A stretch of 64,000 bases of DNA. It comes from a virus. The translations under genes and the position numbers were made by a program. The notes below the pieces were generated by a model. That model did not search any database. It worked only from the letters and a program-made list of their open reading frames with translations, and was not told the origin of the DNA. Positions 51,536 through 61,101 of this stretch are shown here, piece by piece. The stretch lies in IMG/VR virus record IMGVR_UViG_3300031539_000013; one strand, written 5' to 3'. Each line of letters begins with the position of its first letter. The stretch's first letter is position 1.

Positions 51536-51817
51536 TTAATCAACGATAAATGAATTATCAAGATGAGTTTTTTGTCCCTCCCATAAAATAGCAGAGTTGC
51601 CATCAATTGCTGCCATCATGTGCGGATGATGATTCTCTGAAAGATATTTCATCATATAAGATGATGCGTCTTCAAAGGTCATAGCCTTTAACTTGTTTTC
51701 TATAAATTCAGAAAACTTTTTTTCCTGTTCTTCAGCTTCTCCGCATTCAAGAGGACAAGCATCTGATGTCTGCTGCCAAAATTCATTCAGCAAATTTTTA
51801 ATTTCAGTTACTTTCAT
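51536..51817 (-). CDS. hypothetical protein (93 aa)
   Basis: Track ORF trimmed to ATG 51817 (MKVTEIKNLL...), 5 nt after the rusA stop. Confidence 0.45.
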   Translation of the reverse strand: MKVTEIKNLLNEFWQQTSDACPLECGEAEEQEKKFSEFIENKLKAMTFEDASSYMMKYLSENHHPHMMAAIDGNSAILWEGQKTHLDNSFIVD

Positions 51818-51822
51818 GATTT

Positions 51823-52245
51823 TTAATTTAATGTTGTTAATACTATTTCTGTGCGTGGTTGATCTGAATAAACCTTCTTCCGGATAACAAAGCATATCAG
51901 TGAGTCATCTCTGTAATAAATTCTATTCATCGAGTCTGTTACGAATTTTTCAAGATTATCACCATCCGGTTTTGATGTATGCCATTCAGGTGCGGAATCT
52001 TTTAGTATCTCGCTATTCTTTCCCGTGCCATAATGTGACTTAGGTCGTCGCATATAAAAAGTTAACTCTAAAAATATTGGACCATCTATTGGTTTTTCAG
52101 GAGCATTCTGTTGGAGAATACCTGCAAATGTTAATTTCTTCTCTGCTGAAGGGTCATAAGTGCGCACAAACTTACCAACGCTTGTATGCCTATGCCTCAT
52201 CTGCGCCTTAGCATCACCGAGTACTGTAAGTTTAATCTGTGTCAT
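51823..52245 (-). CDS. rusA: RusA-family Holliday junction resolvase
   Basis: KPDGDNLEKFVTDSMNRIYYRDDSLI, the RusA catalytic PD.DN...D...DD signature. 140 aa. Confidence 0.8.
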   Translation of the reverse strand: MTQIKLTVLGDAKAQMRHRHTSVGKFVRTYDPSAEKKLTFAGILQQNAPEKPIDGPIFLELTFYMRRPKSHYGTGKNSEILKDSAPEWHTSKPDGDNLEKFVTDSMNRIYYRDDSLICFVIRKKVYSDQPRTEIVLTTLN

Positions 52246-52482
52246 TTATCTGCAATATTTATATAAAAACCATGCTTGTTCATAGGAAAATGCAACTGCC
52301 CTTGCGCTGTCAATAAAGTTTTTTTCTACAAGTTCCTTCCATCTTACAGAACCCATAAACATTACATCCTTAACTGCTTCAGGATGCCCATTCCAGCATG
52401 TAGGGCAACACATAGTATCATGATATGCCCCGTTTCTACATTTGTAATCCTTGTCTTCCATAGTTTTTATATTTCGTGACAA
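52246..52482 (-). CDS. Cys-rich small protein (78 aa)
   Basis: Track ORF. Confidence 0.45.
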   Translation of the reverse strand: MSRNIKTMEDKDYKCRNGAYHDTMCCPTCWNGHPEAVKDVMFMGSVRWKELVEKNFIDSARAVAFSYEQAWFLYKYCR

Positions 52483-52694
52483 TCTGTAATTCTTATATCT
52501 TTTACTGTAATTCCTTTTTTGACAAATAGAATATTTTTAACAGCAAACGCTATGACCGATTCATCTGCTATAGAATTTAACGATTCAGGGACCGATATAG
52601 GTAACGTAAGCCCAAACATCTCATCTTTATCGGTTAAAATCTCACAACTAACTTTAAATTCATGTATTCCAAATAATTTTTTAAACCATCCCAT
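52467..52694 (-). CDS. hypothetical protein (75 aa)
   Basis: Track ORF. Confidence 0.45.
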   Translation of the reverse strand: MGWFKKLFGIHEFKVSCEILTDKDEMFGLTLPISVPESLNSIADESVIAFAVKNILFVKKGITVKDIRITDCHEI

Positions 52695-52699
52695 GTCGT

Positions 52700-52945
52700 T
52701 TAAGTTTTAATTTCTCTTCCTAATACCTGTAACTGCTCCGGTCTGAAGCATCGGATAGCACCGGATGTCCTGTGCTCACATATAGCCACGCTGTAGCTTA
52801 CTCCTATTCTCATATCCTCGTTCATTTCAATGATGGTGTAATCAAGTCCCCAATGGAGCAACCACCATTCATCTTTCTCATACAGCGTTTCTCCTTCATC
52901 GCCTAACTCATCCTTTTCCTGTGTCACCGTAACAAGTACTCTCAT
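52700..52945 (-). CDS. hypothetical protein (81 aa)
   Basis: Track ORF. Confidence 0.45.
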   Translation of the reverse strand: MRVLVTVTQEKDELGDEGETLYEKDEWWLLHWGLDYTIIEMNEDMRIGVSYSVAICEHRTSGAIRCFRPEQLQVLGREIKT

Positions 52946-53196
52946 ATCCTGATCTCATATTCAATCGTTAAGTCCTCCACCACACGTTTTAAGGCATAAT
53001 AGAGCCTTCTGTCAATCAACTTGGCCTGTAACACTCCATGAAGCATCTCAGAGCCAGGGAGAGGGCTAGAAACATTCTTAGCACCAATCTTATTAAGATG
53101 GCGTGCTTTCTCTATCGTCTCCGCAATGAACTGGATGTTCTTGGTCTTCTCTTCCGGTGTCAGTATCTCTATTATCTCCTTTTTCATCTTCTTCAT
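52942..53196 (-). CDS. hypothetical protein (84 aa)
   Basis: Track ORF. Overlaps the 3' 104 nt of the upstream ORF. Confidence 0.4.
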   Translation of the reverse strand: MKKMKKEIIEILTPEEKTKNIQFIAETIEKARHLNKIGAKNVSSPLPGSEMLHGVLQAKLIDRRLYYALKRVVEDLTIEYEIRI

Positions 53197-53506
53197 ATCT
53201 AAAGTAATGTCCTCTTCTTGAAATCTTTACTCTGCCAGTTACCGAATCATCCACAACATCCCTGCTACACCTATTGGCCCTTGCCGCTTCTGCTATTGTG
53301 TCAAATCTTGCTATCTCCTGATCTTGCCTATCATATTGAATAACTTTTTTGTTATGATGTGCTGATAATTCCTTTGTTCTCTGCTCCCATGCAGCTACCC
53401 AAATCTGATTTAAAAATATCCTTGCCTCACCTGTCTTATCCTCGGGAATAATCTCAAATGCTTTCATGTCACGAAGGACCTTATTTACTACTCGTCCCTG
53501 ATCCAT
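53093..53506 (-). CDS. NUMOD/IENR-like DNA-binding protein (homing-endonuclease-associated type)
   Basis: VIQYDRQDQEIARFDTIAEAARANRCSRDVVDDSVTGRVKISRRGHYFRY fits the pattern seen in homing-endonuclease DNA-binding modules. The tail after FRYEE is low-complexity and overlaps the next ORF. Confidence 0.4.
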   Translation of the reverse strand: MDQGRVVNKVLRDMKAFEIIPEDKTGEARIFLNQIWVAAWEQRTKELSAHHNKKVIQYDRQDQEIARFDTIAEAARANRCSRDVVDDSVTGRVKISRRGHYFRYEEDEKGDNRDTDTGREDQEHPVHCGDDRESTPS

Positions 53507-53509
53507 CTT

Positions 53510-54136
53510 TTAAACAATTTCATTTCTCAGATATTCATCTCTTGCAATTCTTGCTTTTTCTTTTGTTTTAAAAAATCCTAAGTAAATTCTTTCCCCCTTT
53601 CGGCTAAATAGAACATAAAACCTATTAAAATTAGGATAAATAGCATAATCTATGCCCCGTCTTCTATTTAACGAATTTAAATAAGGAGTCGTAAAATGAC
53701 AATTCTCTGGGGTATAATCTCCGTTATTATCTTTACGATCAATCTCTAATCCATCTTCATAACCGTGAGTAATAGCCCATTTATAAAATGCTAAAAAATC
53801 ATACCTCCATTCAGAACATACCTTTATTCCTCTCTCCCCATAATTTTTATATGCATAAACATTTGGATTGGTAGTCCTTGAAATCATTCCACACCAACGT
53901 CCATACATTTTGGTCCGTTTCATCCCATGTTTATAATTAGGATTGCTCTTACCATAATGGCTTCTATTATTCTTTTTCATTGTGATAGATAATGGAGCAC
54001 CCCCGGCTGCTTTAATCATCGGCATCTGTGTCGATACGACAAGAGTAGATGAAACCAGGGATGCAGTATTTTTAATATTTTCCATTATAGATACCGTGAT
54101 TAAAGCGTAGTAAAGATATGCTATTGCTAATAGCAA
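53510..54136 (-). CDS. homing-endonuclease-like DNA-binding protein (HNH_3/AP2-like family)
   Basis: TKMYGRWCGMISRTTNP....YKNYGERGIKVCSEWRYDFLAFYKWAITHGYEDGLEIDRKDNNGDYTPENCHF. The true start is probably internal, at ATG 53980 or 54085. Confidence 0.5.
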   Translation of the reverse strand: MLLAIAYLYYALITVSIMENIKNTASLVSSTLVVSTQMPMIKAAGGAPLSITMKKNNRSHYGKSNPNYKHGMKRTKMYGRWCGMISRTTNPNVYAYKNYGERGIKVCSEWRYDFLAFYKWAITHGYEDGLEIDRKDNNGDYTPENCHFTTPYLNSLNRRRGIDYAIYPNFNRFYVLFSRKGERIYLGFFKTKEKARIARDEYLRNEIV

Positions 54137-55230
54137 TCCAAATTTATTTTTTTAAACTCAGCAAGAAGTTGATCTTCTGGGGGCTTCTCTCGTATTCGAT
54201 TATTAAAGGTGCGATTCTTTGACCCTTTCCGCTCACTCCATGTTGCGCTTCCTAATCGCCCAAAATCAATCATCTCTGCTCCGGCAAGGGTTAGTTCTTT
54301 TATTAATATATTTTTAAGCCCACTCCTTTCTTCATCAATGAGACTTGATATGCCATTAAGTACCTTATCGTGTTTACAAAGATCATAAAGGCTTATTGTC
54401 CCTTCAACACTCTCTCTTTCTTTAAGAAATTTTTCACTTTGAAATTCACGATATGCTTCTGTGGTGTCAGGTTCAGGCTCGTAACGCATCACCTCTGCCT
54501 CCCATTTTTCCATCTCCCCCATATTACCCTGCTTCTCTGCCTCCTTCATCTTGGCAAATGCGGCTTTAGCTGGCAATATCCGGTTATCCCAGAATGACTT
54601 ACTGATGTCAATGATGCGCTTACAGAGGTCGTCATCACGCTGCACCTTCTCAACCATGAAATCATTACCATCTTTCAGAATGGCTATCTCCGCGTAATCT
54701 GTCTCCATGATAATCATATAGACATGAACTTGAATCAGATAACTGATGGGAATCCCATCGGTCCACATCTGAGCACTCCAATAGCTTAAAGTCTTAATCT
54801 CGAGTACTGCCTCTGTCTTTAATGCCTCAGAGGTGATGAGATTAACACCACCCTTAATGTTCATGACACGGTCAAGGGATGCGAACAGCCACGGATAAGA
54901 GGGATTGACAACATAACCATTTACATTTCTGCATTGCCGAATGATCTTATTGTTCTTGTAATTATCAATCCATCCTGTCTCACTGCCATCGTAGTACTGC
55001 CATAACTCTGCTATCTTGTCCTCCATGTAGCGACCAAAAAACATCTTTGAGTTGTCGATCTGACGTTGCTCCAATTGACCTATTTTTTCATAGAAGGTGC
55101 GTGTCACCGTATCGTATTTGTTAAGTCCGAGCACTGTCGAAATTTCTGATCCCCCGATGCCGTTTAACCGGAATTTAAACCATTCAGGGGTGTGCTGTGG
55201 TATCCTTGTTATTATTAGATCACTTCTCAT
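54127..55230 (-). CDS. YqaJ/lambda-Exo-like PD-(D/E)XK recombination exonuclease
   Basis: PEWFKFRLNGIGGSEISTVLGLNKY (YqaJ N-terminal motif). ASLDRV ... LEIKT (D...ExK). Confidence 0.75.
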   Translation of the reverse strand: MRSDLIITRIPQHTPEWFKFRLNGIGGSEISTVLGLNKYDTVTRTFYEKIGQLEQRQIDNSKMFFGRYMEDKIAELWQYYDGSETGWIDNYKNNKIIRQCRNVNGYVVNPSYPWLFASLDRVMNIKGGVNLITSEALKTEAVLEIKTLSYWSAQMWTDGIPISYLIQVHVYMIIMETDYAEIAILKDGNDFMVEKVQRDDDLCKRIIDISKSFWDNRILPAKAAFAKMKEAEKQGNMGEMEKWEAEVMRYEPEPDTTEAYREFQSEKFLKERESVEGTISLYDLCKHDKVLNGISSLIDEERSGLKNILIKELTLAGAEMIDFGRLGSATWSERKGSKNRTFNNRIREKPPEDQLLAEFKKINLDCY

Positions 55231-55994
55231 ATATTAAGTATAAAATTATAAAGTTTTTGATTCCATTTTGCGTCAGCAAGAGCATTATGCTCGTCTTCTT
55301 GTTTTGGATAGAGAGGATGTGTTTTTAGATGCTTAGCTTTATCTATCATTCCAGTTTTATCAAGATATTCTAAAACATTATGTGTTACCGAAGGATATTC
55401 AATCTTGCTTAATTGCTCTGAAGACATAGAATCTGCCTTTTCATCAAACATCTGTTTTAAATCCTTACAATACATGGGAAATCCTTTCGGAAGATCCATC
55501 ATTTTGCCAAATAATTGACAGAACACCACCCAATCATAATCTGCATGATAACCATAAAAATCAATAGACCTATTCTCAGAGGCTAAAACTCTATACTTAT
55601 TTAGATGTTTATTCCATTGATTATCATTAAGACTTCCTTCCTCTGATATAGGATTTACAAAAGCAAAAACTTCGTTTGCAATTTCTTGCCGGGATTTCCC
55701 TGAATCCCTGAATATTGATTTGATGGTATTATTATTTAATCCAAGATAATTTCGAGCATCCCCATGTACGTGTTCTATGTAAATAGGGGTTATTACATGT
55801 TCCCATAGCCATGTGTCTTTGCATATTTCATTAAGATCACATTCTTTGTTAAGAGCATAATATTCCCTGCTGTCTTCACAGACAATGCCTATACTTATTA
55901 GATTAATAGTTGGTGTAGGATAGCCTACCTTAATACCCAACAACTTATGTTGTTTAAAGTATTCTTTAAATTCTGTGTCAATAAAATATTTCAT
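55227..55994 (-). CDS. DEDDh 3'-5' exonuclease (DnaQ-like)
   Basis: FIDTEF (Exo I), YHADYDW (Exo II) and HNALADAKW (Exo III, H-x4-D). Confidence 0.75.
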   Translation of the reverse strand: MKYFIDTEFKEYFKQHKLLGIKVGYPTPTINLISIGIVCEDSREYYALNKECDLNEICKDTWLWEHVITPIYIEHVHGDARNYLGLNNNTIKSIFRDSGKSRQEIANEVFAFVNPISEEGSLNDNQWNKHLNKYRVLASENRSIDFYGYHADYDWVVFCQLFGKMMDLPKGFPMYCKDLKQMFDEKADSMSSEQLSKIEYPSVTHNVLEYLDKTGMIDKAKHLKTHPLYPKQEDEHNALADAKWNQKLYNFILNI

Positions 55995-56419
55995 AAGTTC
56001 ATAGCTTGCGGAGGCTTCATGCCATCCAGATTTAACGGCTTTAGTTCCTTGAATATCTCGGAAAAGATACTGTTTAACATTTCAGCTTGAACGGACATAA
56101 GCTCAACCTCCTGTTTCCCTTCATTGCTGATGTCGTTGTACCATCTGTCATACCACTTACTGAGATCATTGACAAGCCCCTCATGCTGTTTGGTGAGTTC
56201 TACGCCCTGATTGTAGAACTCCTGATAGAACTGTAGCCAGTCCTTGTAATTCTTTAACGTGGCTTCTGCTGTTGCCTTTAACCCGGCATTAGCCCATCCA
56301 TGCATGGGATCGTCCATGATCTTCTGCGCATCATCTACCTTTTTTGCTTGCGCATCAACCATTTTTTTCTTAAATAGCTCAAGCATGTTGGCGAATTTGT
56401 AATTATTTACGTTGCTCAT
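55991..56419 (-). CDS. hypothetical protein (142 aa)
   Basis: Track ORF. Confidence 0.5.
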   Translation of the reverse strand: MSNVNNYKFANMLELFKKKMVDAQAKKVDDAQKIMDDPMHGWANAGLKATAEATLKNYKDWLQFYQEFYNQGVELTKQHEGLVNDLSKWYDRWYNDISNEGKQEVELMSVQAEMLNSIFSEIFKELKPLNLDGMKPPQAMNL

Positions 56420-56424
56420 AGTTA

Positions 56425-57030
56425 TTATAGTTTTTCAAATTCAATTACCCATACCCACGGATTGATGTCCCATCCATAGCCTCTTTTTTCGTTTATAGAA
56501 TCCCATAAATCAGAAAATCTTACCTTACAAGTAGAATAAGGAGCATTTACTCCATAATAATTTTGCGTTCCCTCTTCACATGCGTCCTCTTCTGAAATAT
56601 TGTGCAACCTTTCAACCCTAATCCCTGTTATTTCAAGTTTAATCCGGCAGGCTTCTTTAGGCATGAATCTTGGCGACTTCCATTTTTCCGATTGATTTTC
56701 GCCTTGCTCCTTATAAACATACGTTACGTTTTTATGAGGGTCATAATTCCATGTTTCTCTTACCCAAAGGATATCCTCGGCTTGACCGTAAGGACACTTA
56801 ATAGCTTCCTGATTAAATGTTCTGTCCTTTAATGACTTTTTATTTACAGATGATTTCTGGGTAAATCGCCAAGGCAGTTTACACGCATAGCCCATCCATT
56901 CAAACTGCCAATCATTGGGGTTTTGATTTATGACATTAAGTCCCCTTGTTCTTCTGGTTTGCGTTTTTCTCCCGTCCAGTATTGCCTGAACCATTGGCGT
57001 TGAAAATAAAATTGGTCTTTCCTTACTCAT
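56425..57030 (-). CDS. ASCH-like domain protein
   Basis: ILFSTPMVQAILDGRKTQTRR ... ILWVRETW. Start moved to ATG 57030 (MSKERPIL...). Confidence 0.5.
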   Translation of the reverse strand: MSKERPILFSTPMVQAILDGRKTQTRRTRGLNVINQNPNDWQFEWMGYACKLPWRFTQKSSVNKKSLKDRTFNQEAIKCPYGQAEDILWVRETWNYDPHKNVTYVYKEQGENQSEKWKSPRFMPKEACRIKLEITGIRVERLHNISEEDACEEGTQNYYGVNAPYSTCKVRFSDLWDSINEKRGYGWDINPWVWVIEFEKL

Positions 57031-57280
57031 GATAAAATACTTTGTATTCGTTAGTGAAAAAGAAATCTTCGTCATCAATGACAATGATCGATGCGCTCTT
57101 ACGGGGAAACTTAATCCTGTCCCCAGCCTTCACCTGGACACATGCTGCCCCTGCCTGTACCACCTCCCCTGTCTCTGGTAACATTTCTTTGGTGTTCTTT
57201 GGGATATACAGATTTCCGCTTGGGGTCCTCTCAGGAACCTTGTCTGGCTTAACCAATACTGCTGTACCTTGTACTATCAT
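57023..57280 (-). CDS. GroES/Cpn10-like co-chaperonin
   Basis: AVLVKPDKVPERTPSGNLYIPKNTKEMLPETGEVVQAGAAC.QVKAGDRIKF follows the Cpn10 pattern. 85 aa. Confidence 0.65.
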   Translation of the reverse strand: MIVQGTAVLVKPDKVPERTPSGNLYIPKNTKEMLPETGEVVQAGAACVQVKAGDRIKFPRKSASIIVIDDEDFFFTNEYKVFYHE

Positions 57281-57297
57281 GCTATCTTAAATTTATA

Positions 57298-59268
57298 TTA
57301 AAATGGTAACGAATCTAATTCATCCTTCCCGTTCCCGCTAAACACCTCATCCTCTTCCTCTGTCTTAGGGGGGTTGAGCTTGTTCGGGGTATTATGAGAT
57401 ATCGGTTTTTTCTCATCAATCATTACAAATTTGCCTCCCTTGGAATAGTCCAATCTCATTTGAACTTTCCCTACTTTCCCTATTTCCTCAAATCTAATCT
57501 TCTCGACATTTAAGATTGTAGGTGCAGTATCATCTATGTATATCTTATCATCTTCCGTTGGGTCATCAGGAATATCCTCTGGTTTCTTTTTTCTATACAT
57601 ATAACGATGTAATATGATGCCAATATCCGGTTTGTCCTTCCAACATGAACTTCCTTTTATGTCGTATAAACACGGCATCCGATAGTTAATCCCCTGTTTC
57701 TCAATTTTCGTAGGGTGTGCTATGAGGATGCAATGCAAGTCATATACATCACAAAAATTAACTATATAATCAAGTTGTTTTCCTATAAAAAAAGTCTCTG
57801 TTTCATTTTTAGGTTGCTCATGCTCTATCTTATTCCACGCATCAATAACAAACCCAAAAATGTTCTCTGTCTTTTTAAGGTATATAAGATATTGCAATAA
57901 AGACTCCATCGAATTTACCCGGTCTGTATTGATCTTTCCATTCCATGTTTCAAAATTTAATTTACTTGGAGACACGAAGAAAAAATGTTTTTGAATATAC
58001 CTCATTGTTTTCCATCTGAGCTCTTCGGACATTGAGTTCTTAAATCCTCTCCTGAAAAATTGTGATGTTATCACCTCTGCTATCTTTGCCTGTTCTCTTG
58101 ATGCAGGACGATTTTCAGGGGTGAACATAGCCCATTTGATATTTTCTTTATCGTTATGCCTGATAAACTCCGTCAAATACCATCTTGCAAAAACAGACTT
58201 CCCTGCCGAGGGTGTTCCTGTTATAACAGTAAACTGCTTATTCTTTAGCGTGAATAGATTATCTATAGCAGGAATCCCTATCCCTAATCCCGGGGTAAAC
58301 CCATCAGAAGCGATCATCTCTAATTCTTCCTTGACATCACTAGGAAGGATAATGCCTTTTATCGGGAATGAACTCAGGTTGTTATAGCACTCATCAACAC
58401 CTGCCTTGCCAAGAGCAGGCAGATGAGGGTCGGCCTTAGTATTGCCCTTAAACACATCATTGATGTCTTTATAGCCTATTGGATATTGTATGTACTTACA
58501 CCTCTCCTTGCCAAAGATAAGGGCTAACTGGTTGCGCAGGACACGTCCTGGTCTGTCATTATCGGTACTGAAGATGATTAGATCGACATCTTCAAAAAAA
58601 CTCTGGACATATTTATCATTGGCGTAGTCAAATTCTTTATCAAACTCTTTGGCATCGGGATTTGGAGCACCCTGCGGTACTGTGATTACATTTTTATATC
58701 CTGCCTCTTTCCATGTCAGCCAATCCCATTCTCCTTCTGTAATGATAACCTCCTTCTTTCCCTCTGCGTCAAAAGATAAATTCTGCATCCCAATAAAAAT
58801 AGAGCGAGTGCCAAGGTCTCTTTTCATCTGAAACCATTTAGGGGCATCATCCCCTGTCTTCCATCGCACATTGAAGTATTTTACATTAACAAGAGTCTCA
58901 TTAACATATACAGGGAATCCCATAATAGGCTTACTGCCCATAGAATATTCATATATCTTTTCCTTTTGTAAGGTTTTCATTGACAAGCCCCTTTTTTCTA
59001 TGTATTCTCTCACTTCTTTGGAATATGTTTCAGTGACTTGCTTTGGCATCCTAGATTTTTCTTGTACTTGCTTGAACTTATCCATAATGTCTAAATTGCC
59101 ACTCCAATGACAGTGATGGCATTTAAAATATCTTTCGCCTGTCTCATTATTTACCGTAAGACAATGCACGTTCTTATGCTTCTGCCTTGTGTCATTGCAC
59201 TTAGGGCAGATGGTAGTATAACGCACCTTATCGGCTCGCACCTCAATATTGAGTTCCTCAAATGTCAT
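57298..59268 (-). CDS. bifunctional primase-helicase (T7 gp4-like: zinc finger + Toprim + DnaB/RecA-type ATPase)
   Basis: CPKCNDTRQ...CHHCHWSGN zinc finger. ITEGEWD and STDNDRPG are the Toprim motifs. ITGTPSAGKS is Walker A and FVIDAWN is Walker B. Confidence 0.85.
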   Translation of the reverse strand: MTFEELNIEVRADKVRYTTICPKCNDTRQKHKNVHCLTVNNETGERYFKCHHCHWSGNLDIMDKFKQVQEKSRMPKQVTETYSKEVREYIEKRGLSMKTLQKEKIYEYSMGSKPIMGFPVYVNETLVNVKYFNVRWKTGDDAPKWFQMKRDLGTRSIFIGMQNLSFDAEGKKEVIITEGEWDWLTWKEAGYKNVITVPQGAPNPDAKEFDKEFDYANDKYVQSFFEDVDLIIFSTDNDRPGRVLRNQLALIFGKERCKYIQYPIGYKDINDVFKGNTKADPHLPALGKAGVDECYNNLSSFPIKGIILPSDVKEELEMIASDGFTPGLGIGIPAIDNLFTLKNKQFTVITGTPSAGKSVFARWYLTEFIRHNDKENIKWAMFTPENRPASREQAKIAEVITSQFFRRGFKNSMSEELRWKTMRYIQKHFFFVSPSKLNFETWNGKINTDRVNSMESLLQYLIYLKKTENIFGFVIDAWNKIEHEQPKNETETFFIGKQLDYIVNFCDVYDLHCILIAHPTKIEKQGINYRMPCLYDIKGSSCWKDKPDIGIILHRYMYRKKKPEDIPDDPTEDDKIYIDDTAPTILNVEKIRFEEIGKVGKVQMRLDYSKGGKFVMIDEKKPISHNTPNKLNPPKTEEEDEVFSGNGKDELDSLPF

Positions 59269-59600
59269 GCTTTAAGATATTTCTCTGCTTTGTCGTTACG
59301 AAGGATAAACAATGGGCCCTGCTCTACTTCGTCCTGAAAGGGGCAACAGTAGTCCAGCTTGGTGTCCCATCCACCCGACACCTTGTCATTGACACACGGA
59401 CGGATGAGATTGCGGATGGTAGACACCGCCAATCCGGTTAATGATGAGAACTGGTTAACGGTAAAGATATTGTACCGCACCATTCTCCTTATGCGCATCT
59501 TGTCAATCCCTGTGCGGGTGTTGATGATGTCTATGAGTTCGGGGTCAGTCTTTACAAACTTACACTCGGCTCCTGTTATTAAACCATATTTCTCTTCCAT
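59265..59600 (-). CDS. putative HTH protein (111 aa); first gene of the replication operon
   Basis: FTVNQFSSLTGLAVSTIRNLIR is HTH-like. ATGA overlap with the primase-helicase gene. Confidence 0.45.
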   Translation of the reverse strand: MEEKYGLITGAECKFVKTDPELIDIINTRTGIDKMRIRRMVRYNIFTVNQFSSLTGLAVSTIRNLIRPCVNDKVSGGWDTKLDYCCPFQDEVEQGPLFILRNDKAEKYLKA

Positions 59601-59622
59601 GGATGTAATTTAATTGTTTCTG

Positions 59623-59653
59623 CAAATATAAAGATAATATCAATACAAACAAA
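59623..59653 (-). promoter_or_regulatory. Bacteroidota-type promoter for the replication operon
   Basis: The minus strand reads TTTG (complement of 59650-59653), a 19-nt spacer, then TATATTTG (complement of 59623-59630), 23 nt upstream of ATG 59600. Confidence 0.45.
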
Positions 59654-59693
59654 TTAATTTATATTTTTTTATTATTTTTTTTATTCACATGAG

Positions 59694-59727
59694 AGCAAAA
59701 CAAAAGAGCACCGTTGCTGATGCTCCC
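59694..59727 (-). terminator. weak hairpin + T-tract
   Basis: GAGCA/TGCTC 5-bp stem (59706-59725) followed on the minus strand by TTTTGTTTTG. Lies downstream of the 232-aa gene. Confidence 0.3.
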
Positions 59728-59751
59728 TATCTACGCTTAAACGAATGACTT

Positions 59752-60450
59752 TTACAGACCGATTAGGGCAAGAATAATTGTGGTCGTAGTTGTTACTGCC
59801 GTAGTGAACCGCCAAAAATTCTTCCGATGTCTTTCCTTGTCCCTCTGCTTCTCTGTGTCCAATATGATTTTATCGTTGTTCTCATTGATCTGCTTGCAGT
59901 CTGCTAGGCTCTGTTCCTGCTGCACCACTATTTTCTTCAATACATTTGCCACGCTATCCCTTACCACAAACTGATCTTTGCAGTTGTTTATCTGTGATGT
60001 CATCACGGGCATTATTCTCTCCGAACTTCGTGCTTTTAGATAGTCTGCATGGATATATTTTATCTGGAGCTCATTAAACAGGTATTTCAATGCTCCCGGG
60101 TAATTATATGCTACTTCCTGAAGAAATATATAGCTACTGTCAGCCGTTATGAAATCGAGCCATGTCAATGCCGAATCTATCTCTACAGTCAACTCAGCTA
60201 TCTGTTTATCCTTTGCCAGGAATATTAGCATCAATGATTTAATCTTAGCCTCCTGTTTATCTATGGTGTCCTGTTGATTTTGAATCACACCCTCTCTTTT
60301 AGTAATTTGCTCTTTTAAGGACTTTTTAGAGAGTTTAAGAAATCCGATCTCTTCCTGATACTTAGCCACCTTTCTGCCTCCGAAGAACCCAAATAGCCCT
60401 ATAAGAACAATCAGAGCAATAATTAAAATGTTTTTCACTTGGTCTTTCAT
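59752..60450 (-). CDS. bitopic coiled-coil membrane protein (232 aa)
   Basis: N-terminal (ILIIALIVLIGLFGFF) and C-terminal (TAVTTTTTIILALIGL) hydrophobic segments flank a coiled coil. Confidence 0.5.
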   Translation of the reverse strand: MKDQVKNILIIALIVLIGLFGFFGGRKVAKYQEEIGFLKLSKKSLKEQITKREGVIQNQQDTIDKQEAKIKSLMLIFLAKDKQIAELTVEIDSALTWLDFITADSSYIFLQEVAYNYPGALKYLFNELQIKYIHADYLKARSSERIMPVMTSQINNCKDQFVVRDSVANVLKKIVVQQEQSLADCKQINENNDKIILDTEKQRDKERHRKNFWRFTTAVTTTTTIILALIGL

Positions 60451-60665
60451 TGTTTCTTTTCATTATTTTCATTAATTTCATCTCTTCTTTTACATTCCTC
60501 AGGACAGATAGGAGAACCATAACCATCAACTGATGGATGAGGGCAATCTTCAATGTTTTCGCAAAACCAACAATCCTGGAAAGGGAAGTCTATTTTCCGT
60601 TTGCCATACTTCTTATATATCTCACTGAACATTGCCATTATCTTAATTATTTTTTGGCGGTTCAA
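60447..60665 (-). CDS. Cys-rich small protein (72 aa)
   Basis: Track ORF. Confidence 0.45.
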   Translation of the reverse strand: MNRQKIIKIMAMFSEIYKKYGKRKIDFPFQDCWFCENIEDCPHPSVDGYGSPICPEECKRRDEINENNEKKQ

Positions 60666-61095
60666 AGCTTCTTGTTATTGTTGTCATGCCTCCTCTGATT
60701 TCAGCTATTTTATTAATCACATTAGCCTGAAAATCAGCGTATTTTTTTTGAAGTTCTTTTAATTTAGCCTCATCTTCTTTCCCCGCCCCGAACGTAGCGG
60801 CTATCTCAAGCACCATATAGTTATTATTCCTTTGCAGGTCTTGAAATACCCATAATGGAGCATAATCCCGACCAACTTTTTCAATCCTTACAGTATTCTG
60901 TTTTACATTTGCTACTAATACACTAACAACACTTATTGCCACAAAGACAGACCCAATCATTATTTTAACCCAGAAATTAAGAGTACTTCTTGCTTTGTTA
61001 GTATCTCTTATTAATCCCTGTGCATGAATGATTATATCACGAATGTCCTTCTCTTGTTCTTCGCTCATAATTATTTGTTTAATTAGTGAATCCAA
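60643..61095 (-). CDS. membrane protein (150 aa)
   Basis: One central transmembrane segment (IMIGSVFVAISVVSVLVA). Confidence 0.5.
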   Translation of the reverse strand: MDSLIKQIIMSEEQEKDIRDIIIHAQGLIRDTNKARSTLNFWVKIMIGSVFVAISVVSVLVANVKQNTVRIEKVGRDYAPLWVFQDLQRNNNYMVLEIAATFGAGKEDEAKLKELQKKYADFQANVINKIAEIRGGMTTITRSFEPPKNN

Positions 61096-61101
61096 CTTCT
61101 C

